From contig JAQBQH010000073.1 in NCBI GenBank assembly GCA_028287105.1, positions 1,963 to 65,962 of the forward strand: a DNA stretch of 64,000 nucleotides, read 5' to 3'. Below, one piece after another: positions 37,467 to 47,709 of this stretch. Made by a program: the position numbers and the translations under genes. A model generated the notes under the pieces. It was not told the origin of the DNA. It was given only the letters and a program-made list of their open reading frames with translations, and ran no database searches. The stretch's first letter is position 1. Every line of letters starts with the position of its first letter. The stretch comes from Myxococcales bacterium (lineage in GTDB: Bacteria; Myxococcota_A; Polyangia; Palsa-1104).

Positions 37467-38138
37467 ATGGGAAAGAGACTGAAGGGTGTGCGCGTCGCCG
37501 TCCTCGCCGTGGACGGCGTCGAGCAGGTGGAGGCGACCTTGCCGATGCGGGCGCTGCGTAAGGCGGGCGCCGACGTGCGGCTGATCTCGCTCAGGCCCGG
37601 CAATATTCGCAGCGTCAACTTCATCTGGCGCGGCAAGAAGCTCGCGGTCGACGACACGGTGTTCCAGAGCGATCCCGAGGAATACGCCGCGCTGCTGCTG
37701 CCGGGCGGATTCGTCAATCCGGACCTATTGCGCCAGAGCGAGCGGGTGCTCGATTTCGTAAGCGAGTTCGATCGCGCCAAGAAGCCGATCGCGACGCTGT
37801 GCCACGGACCCGCGGTGCTCATCTCGGCCAACCTCATCGACGGGCGCCGCCTCGCCTCGTGGCCGGGCATCGCCGACGACGTGCGCAACGCGGGCGGCCA
37901 GTGGGAGGACAGCGAGGTCGTCCGCGACGACAACTGGGTGTCGAGCCGGAGCCCGCTCGATCTGCGCGCGTTCACCGCGGCGATGATCGAGCTCTTCGCC
38001 GAGCGGGCGCCGCGCGGGCTGCCGGTCCCGCCGCGTCGGGTACGCTGGGTGGCGACCGTCACGCGCCTCGCCAAGCTGGCCGCCATCGGCGGTGCGATCT
38101 ACGGCGCACGCCGCGCGCTCATCGCCGCCCGCGCCTAG
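37467..38138 (+). CDS. DJ-1/PfpI family (type 1 glutamine amidotransferase-like) protein
   Basis: VAVLAVDGVEQVE, LLPGG, PDLLR, LCHGP, VSSRSPLDL. Confidence 0.92.
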   Translation: MGKRLKGVRVAVLAVDGVEQVEATLPMRALRKAGADVRLISLRPGNIRSVNFIWRGKKLAVDDTVFQSDPEEYAALLLPGGFVNPDLLRQSERVLDFVSEFDRAKKPIATLCHGPAVLISANLIDGRRLASWPGIADDVRNAGGQWEDSEVVRDDNWVSSRSPLDLRAFTAAMIELFAERAPRGLPVPPRRVRWVATVTRLAKLAAIGGAIYGARRALIAARA

Positions 38139-38205
38139 CCGCGCGCATCGGGCGTCGACCCTGCGCCTCGACAGGCGTGCCCCCGAGGCCGACTGGAGGT
38201 AAGCT

Positions 38206-40095
38206 ATGCGCGGGGTTGGCATGGGCGGGATCGACAGCGAACAGGCGCTGCGGATTTTAGAGGCGGTGGTCGTGCCGACACTCGTGGTCGGGCCCGACGG
38301 TGAGGTGCGCTGGGCCAACGCCGCGGCGGGGCGGCTGCTTGCCTGGCCGCGGGAGCGGCTGAGCGGCCAGCGACTCACGACGCTGGTGCCGGCTCGTTTT
38401 CACACCTTCGCCGGCGCGCCGCTGCACGTCTATCTCGGTGAGCATGTGCGCCACTCGCCGGAGCGCTCGTTCCGCGTCGCGACCTTGCGCTCCGACGGCG
38501 TCGAGATCGACGTCGATTGCACGCCCTCGCTCTTCGACACCGACGTCCTCATCCTGTCGCTGCACCGTCGGCCCGATACTTTCGCCGACACCGAGATCGA
38601 GGACACCGACACCGCCGAGTCGCGCTACCGCCTGGTGTTCGATCACGCGCCGGTTGGCATCTGGCACTTCGATCACCGCGGCGTCATCACCGCCTGCAAC
38701 GATCAGTTCGTGAGCGTCATGGGCTCGTCGAAGCGCGCCCTCATCGGTCTCAATCAGCTGACGCTCAAAGACACCTTCGTCGTCGAGTGCGTTCGCGAAG
38801 CGCTCGTCGGCGGGCGCGCGCACTTCGAGGGCGATTACCGCTCGGTCACCGCCAACAAGGTGACACCGCTGCGCGCCGACTTCGCCGCCATCCGCGACGA
38901 GGACGGCCGGCTCATCGGCGGCGTCGGCATCCTCGAGGACATCACGGCGCGAAAGCGCGCCGAAGAGGCGCTGCGCGAGAGCAACGCCACCTTGCGCGCC
39001 ATCTTCGAGTCATCGCCGCTGGCGATGTTTTCGATCGGCGCCGACCTCGCGGTCCGCACCTGGAATCCCGCGGCCGAGCAGATGTTCGGCTTCCGTGCCG
39101 CCGAAATCGTCGGTCAACGCTTGCCGATCGTCCCGCCTCACCGGCAGGCCGAGTTCGAGGTCAACGTTCCGCGTGTCTTCAGCGGCGAGTCGTTTCTCAA
39201 CGTCGAGACGACCTGCATGCGCCGCGACGGGACCGAGTTCGACGTCAGCGTCTCCGTGGCGCCGCTCGTGCAGATCGCCGGACAGGTGGCGGGCATCACC
39301 GTCGTGATCGCCGACATCACCGACCGCCTGCGCGCCCAGGCCGAGCGCGCGCAGCTGTTCGAGCAGGAGCACCACGCCCGGCGCGCCGCCGAGGAGGCGC
39401 TGCGCTCGCGCGACGAGTTCTTGTCGGTCGCGTCGCACGAGCTGCGCACGCCGGTGACGTCGCTGCGCCTGGCGATCCAGAATCTCGAGGAGATGGCGCT
39501 CCACGGCACGCTGGCGGAGGCGCCGCCGCAGGTGGTGGCGCGGGCGACCGCGACCGCGGTGCGACAGAGCCGCCATCTCGGTCGTCTCATCGACGCGCTT
39601 CTCGACATCTCGCGCATCCAGGCCGGCCGCTTCGAGCTGGCGCCCGTCGACGGCGTCGATCTCACCGAAGTGGCGCGCGCGACGGTGGCGCGGCTCGAAG
39701 GGGAGCTCGGCGTCGCCGGCTGCCCGGTGACCGTCGACGGCCAGCCGGTGGTGGGCCGCTGGGACGCCCCGCGCCTCGACCAGGTCGTGACGAACCTCCT
39801 CACCAACGCCATGAAGTTCGGCGGCCGTCATCCCATCGAGCTGCGCGTCCGCGGCGGCGCCGACACGGCGACGCTGTCGGTGACCGACCACGGCATCGGC
39901 ATCACGCCCGAGGCTCACGCGCGCATCTTCGAGCGCTTCGAGCGCGGAGTGTCGGCGCAGCACTATGGCGGCCTCGGTCTCGGGCTCTTCATCGTGCGTC
40001 AGATCGTCGACGCCCATGGCGGCACGGTGACCGTCACCTCGATCCCGGGGGAGGGCGCCACCTTCACCGTCGAGCTGCCGCGCCGGGCGAAGTGA
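38206..40095 (+). CDS. PAS-domain sensor histidine kinase
   Basis: Three PAS domains; ASHELRTP, NLLTNAMKF, DHGIGI, GLGLGL. Confidence 0.93.
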   Translation: MRGVGMGGIDSEQALRILEAVVVPTLVVGPDGEVRWANAAAGRLLAWPRERLSGQRLTTLVPARFHTFAGAPLHVYLGEHVRHSPERSFRVATLRSDGVEIDVDCTPSLFDTDVLILSLHRRPDTFADTEIEDTDTAESRYRLVFDHAPVGIWHFDHRGVITACNDQFVSVMGSSKRALIGLNQLTLKDTFVVECVREALVGGRAHFEGDYRSVTANKVTPLRADFAAIRDEDGRLIGGVGILEDITARKRAEEALRESNATLRAIFESSPLAMFSIGADLAVRTWNPAAEQMFGFRAAEIVGQRLPIVPPHRQAEFEVNVPRVFSGESFLNVETTCMRRDGTEFDVSVSVAPLVQIAGQVAGITVVIADITDRLRAQAERAQLFEQEHHARRAAEEALRSRDEFLSVASHELRTPVTSLRLAIQNLEEMALHGTLAEAPPQVVARATATAVRQSRHLGRLIDALLDISRIQAGRFELAPVDGVDLTEVARATVARLEGELGVAGCPVTVDGQPVVGRWDAPRLDQVVTNLLTNAMKFGGRHPIELRVRGGADTATLSVTDHGIGITPEAHARIFERFERGVSAQHYGGLGLGLFIVRQIVDAHGGTVTVTSIPGEGATFTVELPRRAK

Positions 40096-40119
40096 TATAG
40101 TGCGCCCAGGACGAAACGC

Positions 40120-40506
40120 GTGAGCGACGAATCACCCTGCGTCATGGTCGTCGACGACGATGCGGACATCCGCGATTCGATCGGCGACATCCTCGAGCTG
40201 CGCGGCTACCGCGTCGCCCGCGTGTCCAATGGTCGCGAGGCGCTCGACCGCCTGCGCGACGGCACGCGCCCGTGCGTCATCCTGCTCGACCTCATGATGC
40301 CGGTCTTGAGCGGATGGGAATTTCGCGCCGAGCAGACCAAGGACGAGGCGCTCAAGGCGCTGCCGGTCGTGATCATCTCCGGCGACGGATCGACCGATCA
40401 GAAGGCCGCCGACGTCGGCGTGTCCGAGTACCTGCGCAAGCCGCTCGAGCTCTCGGCCATCCTCGAGGTCGTGCGCCGCCACTGCGGCGGCCGCGGCCGC
40501 ACCTGA
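40120..40506 (+). CDS. Single-domain response regulator
   Basis: VVDDD, ILLDLMMP, ISG, YLRKP. Confidence 0.92.
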   Translation: MSDESPCVMVVDDDADIRDSIGDILELRGYRVARVSNGREALDRLRDGTRPCVILLDLMMPVLSGWEFRAEQTKDEALKALPVVIISGDGSTDQKAADVGVSEYLRKPLELSAILEVVRRHCGGRGRT

Positions 40507-40513
40507 GCGCGCG

Positions 40514-41431
40514 TTAGCGTCCGCGCAGGCCCTCGTCGTTGTCGACGACGATCTGCATCGGTGCGGCGCTGGGCCGGACGTTGGCGGCCGGGTCCCACGC
40601 CGGGCGGCCGGCCAGCCGCTCGAACTCGGTCGGATCGTGCGAGCAGAAGATCCGCACCTCGCTGCCCTGCTGCATCTTGAGCGCGCGCAGCCGCTTCTGG
40701 TTCCACAAGCGGGCGCCGCGATCCTTCTCCATCATCCATTGATACAGCCGCAGCCCGGGCGTGCAGTACGGGCGCTCGAGATCCATCTCGCGGTGGAAGA
40801 AGTAGGCGTCGCCGGTGAGGAGGATCCATCCGTGATCGCCTTCGATGGCCACGCCCGCATGGCCGAGCGTGTGGCCGATGAGCGGCAGCATCAAGATCTC
40901 CGGCGCCACCCCGTCGAGATCGCGGACGCAATCGAAGCCGAGCCACGGCTCGCCCTCGCCCGCCTGGTAGGCGTGCCAGTTCGCCGCGGTCAGGCCCCAC
41001 TGCTGCGGTCGGTAGCGCATGCGATCGAGCAGGGTGCGCTGCGCCACCGCCGCGTCACGCTCGAGGGCGAGCATGTGCACGGCCGCGTGCGGAAAGTCGT
41101 CGAGGCCGCCGGCGTGATCGAAATCGAGGTGCGTCAGGACGATGTTGCGCACGTCGCGCGGATCGAAGCCGAGTCGCTCGATCTGACGCACCGCGGTCAT
41201 CTCGCGGCGTAGCTCGGGGCTGTTGAGCGCCAGGAAGAAGCGACTCAGCCGCGTCCGCGGCGCTTCGACGTCGCGCAGACCGAAGCCGGTATCGACGAGC
41301 ACCAGCGAGGTCGCCGTCTCGACGAGCAGGCAGTGATTGACCAGGCGGCCGCGCAGGGCGTTGCTGCGATCGTCCATGAGCTTGCCGCCCAGCGGGCAGC
41401 TCGAGATGCAGTTGAGGTGATGAACGCGCAT
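40514..41431 (-). CDS. Metallo-beta-lactamase fold hydrolase
   Basis: LVDTG, THLDFDHAGG, GHTLGH, GDA, CSHD. Confidence 0.92.
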   Translation of the reverse strand: MRVHHLNCISSCPLGGKLMDDRSNALRGRLVNHCLLVETATSLVLVDTGFGLRDVEAPRTRLSRFFLALNSPELRREMTAVRQIERLGFDPRDVRNIVLTHLDFDHAGGLDDFPHAAVHMLALERDAAVAQRTLLDRMRYRPQQWGLTAANWHAYQAGEGEPWLGFDCVRDLDGVAPEILMLPLIGHTLGHAGVAIEGDHGWILLTGDAYFFHREMDLERPYCTPGLRLYQWMMEKDRGARLWNQKRLRALKMQQGSEVRIFCSHDPTEFERLAGRPAWDPAANVRPSAAPMQIVVDNDEGLRGR

Positions 41432-41562
41432 GTAGAAATGCGCTGCATCGCACGCGCCACGATCGATGGGTCTGCGCGCTGACGACACGAGTCCCCGCTG
41501 AGGCCTGGCGGTCCACGCGGCGCCCGCGCTTTCGCGCGGTTGCCCCGAGCTGCAACTGGCAC

Positions 41563-42762
41563 ATGGGTTGCTGGGTCTGGCCCATCGTGCTTGCGCGGAG
41601 GATCGGAGGCGCGGTAGGGCTGGCGGAAGTGTTCCGCGCCGCCGTAATCGCGATCGCGCTGACGTGGGGGGCGCCCGTACGCGCCGAGCTGCCCGCGCGG
41701 CTCGTCGTGGCCGGCGCCTCGGCGTGTCCGACGGCGGCGGCAGTGGCGCGTGCGATGGAGCGGCTCCATCCGCGACTGCGCATCGAGGTCGGCGAAGGCG
41801 CCGGCGAGCGGATCGAGATCGCCGACGACGGCGTCGGCTACGTCGTGCGCGCGGCGGGGCGCGAGCGCATGCTCAGCGACGACGCGCGACGGTGCAGCGA
41901 GCGCGCGACGGCGGCGGCAGTGGCGGCGACGCTGCTTCTGGATCCTCCCGTGGCACCGCCGCGCGACGAGCCGCCTGGACCGCTCGCGCCGCGGCCCACG
42001 ACGCCGAGACCGACGACGCCGGCGCCGACCCCGCCGCCGACGACGAGCGCTGCCGCCGAAACTGCGACATCCGCGTCGCGATCGGGCCCGGCTTCGTCGT
42101 CGGCTTCGTCGCCGGTCGCACTTCCGACGCCCACGACGACGCGCTCCTCCGCGCCAGCGCCAGGACGCGACGATGCGCCGCCGCTCACGGTCGCAACGGT
42201 CCGCCGCCGCTCGAGCCCACACAGCGCGGCGCTCTCGCGCCTGGAGCTGGAGCTGAGCGGTGTCGTCGACGGCGCGCCCGCCGTGGCCGACAGCGGCAGC
42301 ACCGTCACCGGCGGGGCCGCGCTGCGCCTCGCGCTCGGCGGCCGCTACGTCGCCGCCACCGTCGGAGTCGCCGGCCTGGCGCCGTCGAATCAGCGCACCC
42401 CGGGAACCACGGGCGTCGACGTCGGCGTCACGCGCGTCCCGTTCGACGCCGGCGTCCGCCTCGTCCTGCCGCGCGACCGCTTCGAAATCGGCGCCGACGT
42501 CGGCCTCGTCCTCGCCTTCTTGCGCCTCTCCGCCCCGTCGCTGAACAACGCAATCGCCTCGACGCGCCTCGACGTCGGCGCCCGCCTCGCGCCGTGGCTG
42601 CGGGTCTGGGTCCATCCGCGTCTCGCCATCCAGGCCGGCCTGGAGCTCGGCATTCCCTTCGCGGTCTACGACCTGGTCGTCGAGGGAACCGCGGCGGGCA
42701 AGATCGGGTCGAGCCCACGTCTCTGGGTCGGCGGCGCGCTGGGACTGACGGTGCGCCTGTGA
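41563..42762 (+). CDS. Hypothetical exported protein with Pro-rich linker and beta-barrel-like C-terminus, upstream of an ECF sigma factor
   Basis: CPTAAAV...RCSERATAAAV N-domain; amphipathic beta strands ending LGLTVRL. Start uncertain (possibly near 41630). Confidence 0.7.
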   Translation: MGCWVWPIVLARRIGGAVGLAEVFRAAVIAIALTWGAPVRAELPARLVVAGASACPTAAAVARAMERLHPRLRIEVGEGAGERIEIADDGVGYVVRAAGRERMLSDDARRCSERATAAAVAATLLLDPPVAPPRDEPPGPLAPRPTTPRPTTPAPTPPPTTSAAAETATSASRSGPASSSASSPVALPTPTTTRSSAPAPGRDDAPPLTVATVRRRSSPHSAALSRLELELSGVVDGAPAVADSGSTVTGGAALRLALGGRYVAATVGVAGLAPSNQRTPGTTGVDVGVTRVPFDAGVRLVLPRDRFEIGADVGLVLAFLRLSAPSLNNAIASTRLDVGARLAPWLRVWVHPRLAIQAGLELGIPFAVYDLVVEGTAAGKIGSSPRLWVGGALGLTVRL

Positions 42763-42791
42763 TTCTGACGATCTACAAATTCGTCAAAGCC

Positions 42792-43388
42792 ATGGAAGGT
42801 TCCGCCGACCGGCGCCCATCTACGGCAGTGGATCTACACGCGGCCGCCGAGGGGCTCGCCCAGGATCGGGAGCCGCTCGACTTCACGCGGGTCTACGAGG
42901 CGTGGTTCGAGCCCTGCCTGCGCTGGCTGCGCGCGCTCGGCATCCCCGACGCCGATCTCGAGGACGTCGGACAGGACGTCTTCCTCGTGGTCCGTCGCAA
43001 GCTCGGCGCCTTCGACGGGGAGCGGCTGGCGGCGTGGCTGTATCGCATCGCCTCGCATACGGCGAGCGATCATCGCCGCCGCGCCTGGTTCCGGCGGCTG
43101 TGGACGCGCGGCTCGCGCATCGATTTCGATCACCTGCCTTCCACCGCCGCGGGGCCCGTCGAGCAGCTCGAGCGGCGCGAGGCGCAGCGCCTCCTCGATC
43201 GCGTGCTGCGCACGATGAGCGACAAGCGCCGCGTCGCCTTTGCCCTGTTCGAGATCGAGGGATACTCGGGCGAGGAGATCGCCGCCATCCTCGACGTGCC
43301 GGTGGCGACCGTCTGGACCCGGCTCCATCACGCGCGCAAGGAGTTCCTGGCGCGCGTGGCGGCGCTCGGGGAAGAGGGGCGTCGATGA
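42792..43388 (+). CDS. ECF RNA polymerase sigma factor
   Basis: DLEDVGQDVF, AWLYRIA (region 2); FEIEGYSGEEIAAILDVPVATVWTRLHHAR (region 4). Confidence 0.92.
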   Translation: MEGSADRRPSTAVDLHAAAEGLAQDREPLDFTRVYEAWFEPCLRWLRALGIPDADLEDVGQDVFLVVRRKLGAFDGERLAAWLYRIASHTASDHRRRAWFRRLWTRGSRIDFDHLPSTAAGPVEQLERREAQRLLDRVLRTMSDKRRVAFALFEIEGYSGEEIAAILDVPVATVWTRLHHARKEFLARVAALGEEGRR

Positions 43389-44149
43389 AGCGGCTGCGCG
43401 ATCAGCGAAGCGCCGAGGATGCGACGGTGGCACGCGCCGCCGAGCTGGTGTCGTCGCGTGGGCCGCTGGCCGACGACGTGGCGCGCAAGCAGCGCGTGCG
43501 CGGGCGGCTGCGACGGCGGAGGAGGGCGCCGATCGGCGCGTCGCTGGTGCGCTTCGCGCTGCTCGTCGCGGTCATCTGCAGCGTCGCGGTCGCGAGCGCG
43601 ATGATCGGCCGCGTGGCGCTTTCGATTCGCGCACGCCTCAAAGCGGCGCCGGCGGCGGAGACGCACGCCGCGTCGCATCGTCGCCGCCCGGCTGCGTCGG
43701 GTCGTTCTCCCGAGCCCGCCGCGCCGGCCGCGGAAGCCCCGCCGCCCGTCGCTGCGCCGCCGCCGCCGTCCGTCGTCGCGCCGGTCGCCGCGCCCGCGCG
43801 GTCCATCGTCGCGGCGTCCCCGCTCCATGCCGCGCCCTCGCACGCCGCCACGGCACGCACCGCCGCGTCGACGGCGCCTGCCGCCGTCGAGACTGAAGAG
43901 CAGCGCCTCCTCACCGCCGCCGTGCGCGCCCTTCGCCACGAGCATGACGCCGCGCGCGCCGCCGCGCTGCTCGGTCGCTACCTCGATCGCTACCCCGACG
44001 GCATCGCCGCCGAAGACGCCCTCGCCCTCGGCCTCGAGGCCACGCTCGGCCGCGATCGTCCGCGCGCCGCCGCCTTTGGTGCACGCTACCTCTCGCGCTA
44101 CCCGACCGGCCGCTGGGCGCCCCTGGCGCGCCGCGCGCTCGAGCCATGA
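43385..44149 (+). CDS. Putative anti-sigma factor (TM helix, Pro/Ala linker, C-terminal TPR-like domain)
   Basis: ATGA overlap with the sigma gene; EQRLLTAAVRAL...YLDRYPDG...YLSRYPTG. Confidence 0.75.
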   Translation: MKRLRDQRSAEDATVARAAELVSSRGPLADDVARKQRVRGRLRRRRRAPIGASLVRFALLVAVICSVAVASAMIGRVALSIRARLKAAPAAETHAASHRRRPAASGRSPEPAAPAAEAPPPVAAPPPPSVVAPVAAPARSIVAASPLHAAPSHAATARTAASTAPAAVETEEQRLLTAAVRALRHEHDAARAAALLGRYLDRYPDGIAAEDALALGLEATLGRDRPRAAAFGARYLSRYPTGRWAPLARRALEP

Positions 44150-44373
44150 AGCGTCTCCTCCTCGCGCTCCTCTTCGTCAGCGCCGGCTGCACGACCACGA
44201 CCGTCGTTCTCGGCACGCTCGCCCTCGACGGCGGCGCCGATCTCGGCGACATGCCCGGCTGCCACGGCTGCGACATGAGCTCGGATCCGACCGACCTCTC
44301 CGACACCGATTTCGGTGACGCCTTCTCGCCGTTCGACGCCTTCTCGCCGTTCGACGCCGCCACCGATCTCTGA
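44146..44373 (+). CDS. Small acidic lipoprotein
   Basis: Lipobox SAGC, CHGC, DAFSPF x2 (18-bp tandem duplication); ATGA coupling. Confidence 0.65.
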   Translation: MKRLLLALLFVSAGCTTTTVVLGTLALDGGADLGDMPGCHGCDMSSDPTDLSDTDFGDAFSPFDAFSPFDAATDL

Positions 44374-44437
44374 CGCATTCTCGCGCGCGGATGAAAGGTC
44401 CGCCGCCGCTCCGCCCATTGTCGCTCGGAGGTGGACA

Positions 44438-44716
44438 ATGCTTCGAGCAGTGCTGCTGGCGCTCTTTCTGTTCCCGATCGGCTGCGGTGTCACGCCGATC
44501 GATTCGACGAGCCAACGCGAAGGCAACAAGGTCACGCACGACGCCGGCGGTCCCGTCGATGCCGGCGGATGCGGTGGCCCGCACGACGGCTTCCTCGTCG
44601 ACATCGGCGGCCAGCCCTTCGACGGAGGCGGCTATCCGGTCGACATCGGCGGCCAGCCCTTCGACGGTGGACAAAGCCCAACCGACTTCGGGCATACCGA
44701 CCTCGCCCACTTCTGA
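44438..44716 (+). CDS. Small acidic Gly-rich lipoprotein
   Basis: GGAGG RBS, lipobox PIGC, VDIGGQPFDGG x2 (42-bp period). Confidence 0.7.
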   Translation: MLRAVLLALFLFPIGCGVTPIDSTSQREGNKVTHDAGGPVDAGGCGGPHDGFLVDIGGQPFDGGGYPVDIGGQPFDGGQSPTDFGHTDLAHF

Positions 44717-44741
44717 GCGCCCGCAGGCGCACGCTCGCGGC

Positions 44742-45950
44742 TTAGCGCGGGCAGCGCGCGTCGGTGAGCGCGGCGCGCCGGCGCTTGAACGCCGCGACCC
44801 AATCGTCGACGGTGACCGCGCGCGGCTTGCCGCCGTCGAACGCGTAGCTCTCCCCGAGCGACTCCACCCGCGCCACCGTGAACAGATCACGCAGCTGCCT
44901 GTCGCCGAGCACCGCCAGCCGCGCCGCCAGGAGCGCGCGTCCCGCTTCACCGATGGTCGGGTTCGCCGGCGACGCGCGCGTCAGCCAGTGCACGCGGCAG
45001 CTGGCCGCGTCCTCCCACATCGGCAGCGACGACCAGGACGCGAAGTGCGGGCGGGCGTCGCGATCGATGATGCCGAACACGCGCGACGCTCCACGCCCGA
45101 AGGTCGATCCGAGGTCCGCTACCAGGAGCCGCGGCGCCGTGCAGTGCCCGGCCGCATCGATGGCGCCGAACGGACAGACCAGCCGCTGATTGGCCGCCTT
45201 GTCGTCGCCGTGCGCGATGAAGGCGGCGAGCAGGCGCAGCGCATCGACCTCCGCCCGCGAAGCGCCACCGACCGACGCGTCGACGATGTCGAGCTCCGCA
45301 AAGGTCCAGCCCTGTTCGTCGCGCGCCGCGACGCAGCGGCCGCCGTCGGCGCGCAGGCACTCCTCGATGGGCACGCCGGGAAAGAGCCGCTGGATGACGG
45401 CGTCCTCGATCATGCGAGTCTTGCGCTCGGTCAGATCGGGCTTCGGATAGTCGCGGTAGGCGAGCCACGGCTCGGCCGGACAGTCGTGGCAGCGCACGCG
45501 CACCGGATAGTTGCGGTCGGTCGCCATCCCGAGCGCCCACAGGAGTCGCGAGCCGAGCACCTCACCAACGGTCTCGGGATTGTCGCTGCCGTACTTGACC
45601 TTGACGTCGGCGCGCCCGCGCTCGCGCTTGAGCGCACAGAAGAACTTCTTGGTCGTGCCGCCGATGGGAACGCGATCTCGACGCGGCTCGATGAAGTGAC
45701 ACGAGACCCGCTCGCCGAAGACGAAGGCGAAGGCGCGGGCGTCGGCGGGCCCCGCCATCAGATCGCGTGGCGCCGTCACCTCGTCGAAGATGCGGGCCCG
45801 CCGTAGATACTCGCTTCGATCGGCGGCGCTCACCGGCGCCAGCGGCTTGTGCGCCTCTTCGGCCAGCGCGCGCGCCGCGTCGAGCGTACCGCGTGAATGG
45901 CCGCACCCCGTCGCCGTCAGCAACGTGGTGACGACGACGACGGCGCGCAT
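44742..45950 (-). CDS. Lipoprotein with a predicted atypical kinase-like fold
   Basis: Lipobox ATGC; GGTTKKF, KVKY, GEV..SRLLWALG, HGDDKAANQ, ADLG resemble HipA/PI3-4K-like catalytic motifs. Confidence 0.6.
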   Translation of the reverse strand: MRAVVVVTTLLTATGCGHSRGTLDAARALAEEAHKPLAPVSAADRSEYLRRARIFDEVTAPRDLMAGPADARAFAFVFGERVSCHFIEPRRDRVPIGGTTKKFFCALKRERGRADVKVKYGSDNPETVGEVLGSRLLWALGMATDRNYPVRVRCHDCPAEPWLAYRDYPKPDLTERKTRMIEDAVIQRLFPGVPIEECLRADGGRCVAARDEQGWTFAELDIVDASVGGASRAEVDALRLLAAFIAHGDDKAANQRLVCPFGAIDAAGHCTAPRLLVADLGSTFGRGASRVFGIIDRDARPHFASWSSLPMWEDAASCRVHWLTRASPANPTIGEAGRALLAARLAVLGDRQLRDLFTVARVESLGESYAFDGGKPRAVTVDDWVAAFKRRRAALTDARCPR

Positions 45951-47647
45951 CAAGCGTCGGCCGGCTTCAGCTCGCGAACGCTCCACACCCGTCCGATGAT
46001 GTTGCCCTCGACGCGCTGCGGAGTCGAGCGCGCCTCCAGTTGGCGGCCGTCGATGAGCCTGAGCATATCGACGCTGCTCTGGTCCGCCGCGAGCGCGCGC
46101 ATCCGCTCCATGAACGGGCGCGGCGCCGCCAGCTGCGACTCGAGCCACCCGAGGAGCCACGCCGAGTCCTGCTTCGCAGTCAGCTCGGCCGGCAGGGCGA
46201 AGAGCGCGACGAAGCGCTCGTTGAACGTCACCACCTGTCCGTTCTCGTCGACCACGAGCAGCCCATCGCTGGTCACCTGCAGCGTCGCTTCGAGCAGCGC
46301 CACCGTGCGCGTGAGCTGCTCGGTCGTGGTGTGCAGCTCGGTCACATCCCAGCAGCTGCCGACCAGCCGCGCCACCTTGTCACCGACGAGAATGGCCTCG
46401 CCGCGCGTGTGCAGCATGCGGATGCTGCCGTCCGGTCGCACGATGCGATGGTCGTAGGCGAAGGGCGTCCCCGCCGCCAGCGCCTGACCGATGACCTGCT
46501 TGGTCTGCTCGCTGTCGTCGCGATGCACGCGCGCGAGGAAGCCTTCGTAGCCCTCGAGCCGGGTGCCGATCGCGACGCCGTAGATGCGATAGAGCTCGTC
46601 CGACCAGAGCACGGAGTTCGCGGCGACGTCCCACTCCCAGCTGCCGACATGGGCCACCCTCTGCGCTTCGATCAGCCGCGCGCGACTCATCTGGAGCGCC
46701 TGCTCTGCGCGCCTGCGTTCGGTGATCTCGGTGAAGAAGACCGAGATCCCCTCCGGCGACGGATAGATGCGGTTCTCGAACCAGCGCCCCCACGGCTCGT
46801 AGCACGCCTCGAGCGTGATCGCGACCTGCTCGCTCATCGCCCGTTCGTACGCGGCGTGAAACGGCTGCCCGACCCCTTCCGGGAACTCGGTCCAGATGTG
46901 CTTGCCGACGAGACCAGCGGGCGTGCGACCGAAAAGCTCGGCGGCGCGCTCGTTGACGTAGATGTAGCTCCAGTTGCGATCGAGCGCGATGAACGCATCG
47001 CCGATCCGCTCGAGTAGTTGGCGCGTTCGACGGTGCGCCTCTTCGACCTCGCGCGTGCGCAGCTCGACGCGCGCCTTGAGATCGTTCTGCGCGGCCAGGA
47101 GCGCTTCGACCGCCTCTTGGCGCAGCGCCTCGGAGCGGCGCAGCTCGAGCAGCTCGCGCCGCGTCTCGAACAGCTCCATCACCTCGTCGCGCATCATCTG
47201 CAGCGTGCGCGCCTGAAGATCGCTCAGCGAGCGCGGCGCGTAGTCGAGGACGCACAGCGTGCCGAGCGCGTGACCGAGCGGCGTGCGCAACGGTGCCCCC
47301 GCGTAGAAGCGCACGCGCGGCCACGCGGCCACCAGCGCCTCGGTGGAGAAGCGGCTGTCGGCGGCCGTGTCCTCGGAGATCAGCAGCGTCGACTGATGGA
47401 GCGCGAGATTGCAGAACGAGCTGTCGATCGGCGACTCGTTCGGATGCTCGGCGGGCAGCCCCCAGCGCGCGACCAGCCGCTGCGAGCGTTCGCCCACGAA
47501 CGTGATCGCTGCCAGCGGGGTCTCGCACAGCCGCGCCGCCAGCTCCACGAGTCGCACGAGCGCGGCGTCTCCCTCGTCGAAGAGCTGGTACCGCCGCAGC
47601 TCATCGAGTCGCTGACTCTCGTCGCCCGTCATCGCGCTCGCGAGCAT
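45950..47647 (-). CDS. GAF-PAS-PAS-PAS sensor protein without an output domain
   Basis: RFYAGAPL...GTLCVLD GAF; three PAS domains; ends RVWSVRELKPADA*. Confidence 0.85.
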   Translation of the reverse strand: MLASAMTGDESQRLDELRRYQLFDEGDAALVRLVELAARLCETPLAAITFVGERSQRLVARWGLPAEHPNESPIDSSFCNLALHQSTLLISEDTAADSRFSTEALVAAWPRVRFYAGAPLRTPLGHALGTLCVLDYAPRSLSDLQARTLQMMRDEVMELFETRRELLELRRSEALRQEAVEALLAAQNDLKARVELRTREVEEAHRRTRQLLERIGDAFIALDRNWSYIYVNERAAELFGRTPAGLVGKHIWTEFPEGVGQPFHAAYERAMSEQVAITLEACYEPWGRWFENRIYPSPEGISVFFTEITERRRAEQALQMSRARLIEAQRVAHVGSWEWDVAANSVLWSDELYRIYGVAIGTRLEGYEGFLARVHRDDSEQTKQVIGQALAAGTPFAYDHRIVRPDGSIRMLHTRGEAILVGDKVARLVGSCWDVTELHTTTEQLTRTVALLEATLQVTSDGLLVVDENGQVVTFNERFVALFALPAELTAKQDSAWLLGWLESQLAAPRPFMERMRALAADQSSVDMLRLIDGRQLEARSTPQRVEGNIIGRVWSVRELKPADA

Positions 47648-47709
47648 ATCCGATTCCGCTGGCGCGGGTGCGGGTCGCGAGTTCACAATGCGCCGGTGGA
47701 GGTGGGGGC

